Shown one piece after another: positions 62,235 through 64,000 of a DNA stretch of 64,000 nt (within the stretch, counting starts at the first letter, position 1; each line of letters begins with the position of its first letter). Origin of the DNA: Octopus sinensis (taxonomy: Eukaryota); assembly GCF_006345805.1 (NCBI RefSeq), contig NC_043001.1, positions 28,706,001 to 28,770,000 of the forward strand, in the 5' to 3' direction. Below the pieces are notes generated by a model, which did not search any database, was not told the DNA's origin, and saw only the letters and a program-made list of their open reading frames with translations. The position numbers and the translations under genes were made by a program.

Positions 62235-62270
62235 GTTAAACATTTCGAGCGGAGCTCTTCATCGGAAACA
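62235..62270 (-). ncRNA. Hammerhead-like motif (core CCGAUGA) in PLE-like element 62140-62340, same family as 14510-14720
   Basis: Minus strand UGUUU-CCGAUGA-A-GAGC(UCC)GCUC-GAAA-UGUU-UAAC. Confidence 0.55.
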
Positions 62271-62342
62271 TAGAAGGAAAGATCCAGAGAAGGGAAGACA
62301 GAAGAAAAAAAAATCACCAACGGTACACACGTGGTCACATTT

Positions 62343-62391
<49 letters not shown>

Positions 62392-62943
62392 ATAAGAAAT
62401 TACATTTTTATACTTTGAACTAAGCGAAGACAGAGAACAATGAAAAACAAATATATAATTAAAAAAAATTAGTAAGTGGGAATTCCCAACTAATTTAAAA
62501 TTATATCATTCTGCTTATTTCCGTCTGTCTTTTCTGGGTGTTACATTTACGTCATCAAGGGTGAGTAGGTGGGTAGATTGAAGGTAGGGAGGTAGGTAGG
62601 TAGGTGGTTAGACAGATTGAATGATTTATCGATTGCCCCTTCAGGACTGCCTGCGTGCATTTTCACACCTCGAGAATCAAATGTTTTAGGAAAATATACA
62701 ATTTCACCGTACAATTTTCAAAATAACTATGGAATTTCCATGGGTGCTACTAGTACACATACATAAATGTACTTACTAAAAAAAGATCACATTTTAAATC
62801 TTTGAACACTGGCCTTAATACAAGCTTCACAAATAGAAAAAATATAGTTTGATCCATACAAGCTTGAAAAGTTGGTATTAAATTATGATGGTGGTGGCAG
62901 CCGGTGTAAAAAAACACACACACATATATATATATATACATAC

Positions 62944-62975
<32 letters not shown>

Positions 62976-63009
62976 TTTTACACCAGCTGCCACCATCATA
63001 TATATATAT

Positions 63010-63213
63010 TCTCTTTTACTTGTTTCAGTCATTTGACTGCGGCCATGCTGGAGCACCGCCTTTTTAGTCGAGCAAATCGACCCCAGGACTTATTCTTTGT
63101 AAGCCTAGTACTTATCCTATTGGTCTCTTTTGCCGAACCACTAAGTAACGGGGACGTAAACACACCAGCATCGGTTGTCAAGCGATGTTGGGGAGACAAA
63201 CACAGACACACAA

Positions 63214-63265
<52 letters not shown>

Positions 63266-63425
63266 GAAGGGCTTCTTTCGGTTTCCATCTACCAAATCCA
63301 CTCACAAGGCTTTGGTCGGTCCGAGGCTATAGTAGAAGACACTTGCCCAAGGTGCCACGCAGTGGGACTGAACCCGGAACTGTGTGGTTGGTAAGCAAGC
63401 TACTTACCACACAGCCACTCCTGCG

Positions 63426-63428
<3 letters not shown>
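63010..63428 (-). mobile_element. SINE family A
   Basis: Full length. Confidence 0.92.
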
Positions 63429-63460
<32 letters not shown>

Positions 63461-63487
63461 TTTATTTAAAAGCAGCAGAAATTCAAC

Positions 63488-63534
63488 AAAACCTGTTACT
63501 CGGAGTTTCACGTTCTCGTTTGTCGGATAGTTTT
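63488..63534 (-). ncRNA. Hammerhead-like motif (core CCGACAA) in about 80-bp element between (TA)n tracts
   Basis: Minus strand AAAACUAU-CCGACAA-ACG(AGAA)CGU-GAAA-CUCCGAG-UA-ACAGGUUUU. Confidence 0.45.
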
Positions 63535-63827
63535 GTTAAAATATATATATATATATATTATATATATATATCGTGACGTATATTTGCCACTTAAATGTGA
63601 CTAACCCTTAAAGGTAGATGACATTGTAGCTTCTAGCCCCAGGAGGACACCTCCTCCAGCCGGTTACTGACACACTATCTGTGACCTATCAATATTTGTA
63701 AAGGGAAGCCATCCTTCCCATCTCCAAACTGACACGATACACACGGACTCGAGTTTCTGGTTATTGACCTGTCATCAGCGTGTGACAATCACCGGTTGTC
63801 GATGTGAAGTGGCTCCCAATGCAAATA

Positions 63828-64000
63828 TACTCTTTTACTGGTTTCAGTCATTCGACTGCGGCCATGCTGGAGCACTGCCTTTAGTCGAGGAAATCGACCC
63901 CAGGACTTATTCTTTGTAAGCTTAGTACTTATTCTATAGGTCTCTTTTGCCGAACCGCTATGTTACAGGAACGTAAACACACCAGCATCGGTTGTCAAGC
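63828..64000 (-). mobile_element. SINE family A, cut by window end
   Basis: Tail and body homology. Confidence 0.9.

Noticed and set aside
62500-62570. Strong donor AGG|GTGAGT with nearby TTACGTCA (CRE-like)
   Set aside because: No acceptor or promoter evidence; isolated short motifs.

Overview
Eukaryotic, repeat-dense and apparently almost wholly intronic DNA. The SINE families resemble those known from octopus, so a coleoid cephalopod origin (probably Octopus) is inferred from memory, not from a search. None of the long ORFs in the supplied track is a real gene: they are microsatellite or low-complexity translations, or pieces of decayed LINEs. The only host-gene signal is a set of short + strand exons (<1-62, 360-413, 661-680, 22878-22936, possibly 7591 onward) whose splice phases fit together into several in-frame isoforms of a protein I cannot name. 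The rest is transposon-derived. It includes at least three tRNA-headed SINE families, several RTE-clade LINE remnants (one with a PHD-type finger inside the RT domain), and two R4/Dong-like 3' ends in a TAA array. It also includes a decayed mariner transposase, TTAA, hAT and Tc1/mariner-type MITEs, two Helitron-like and two Helentron-like non-autonomous elements, and many microsatellites. The most striking features are (i) several unrelated short elements beside (TA)n/(CA)n tracts that each carry a minimal type I hammerhead-like fold with a palindromic stem III, some with variant cores; (ii) the phase-compensating micro-exon cluster; and (iii) the PHD-finger insertion in the RTE reverse transcriptase. 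Everything was read by eye. Coordinates of decayed repeats are accurate only to within about 10-20 nt, and family names are resemblance calls.
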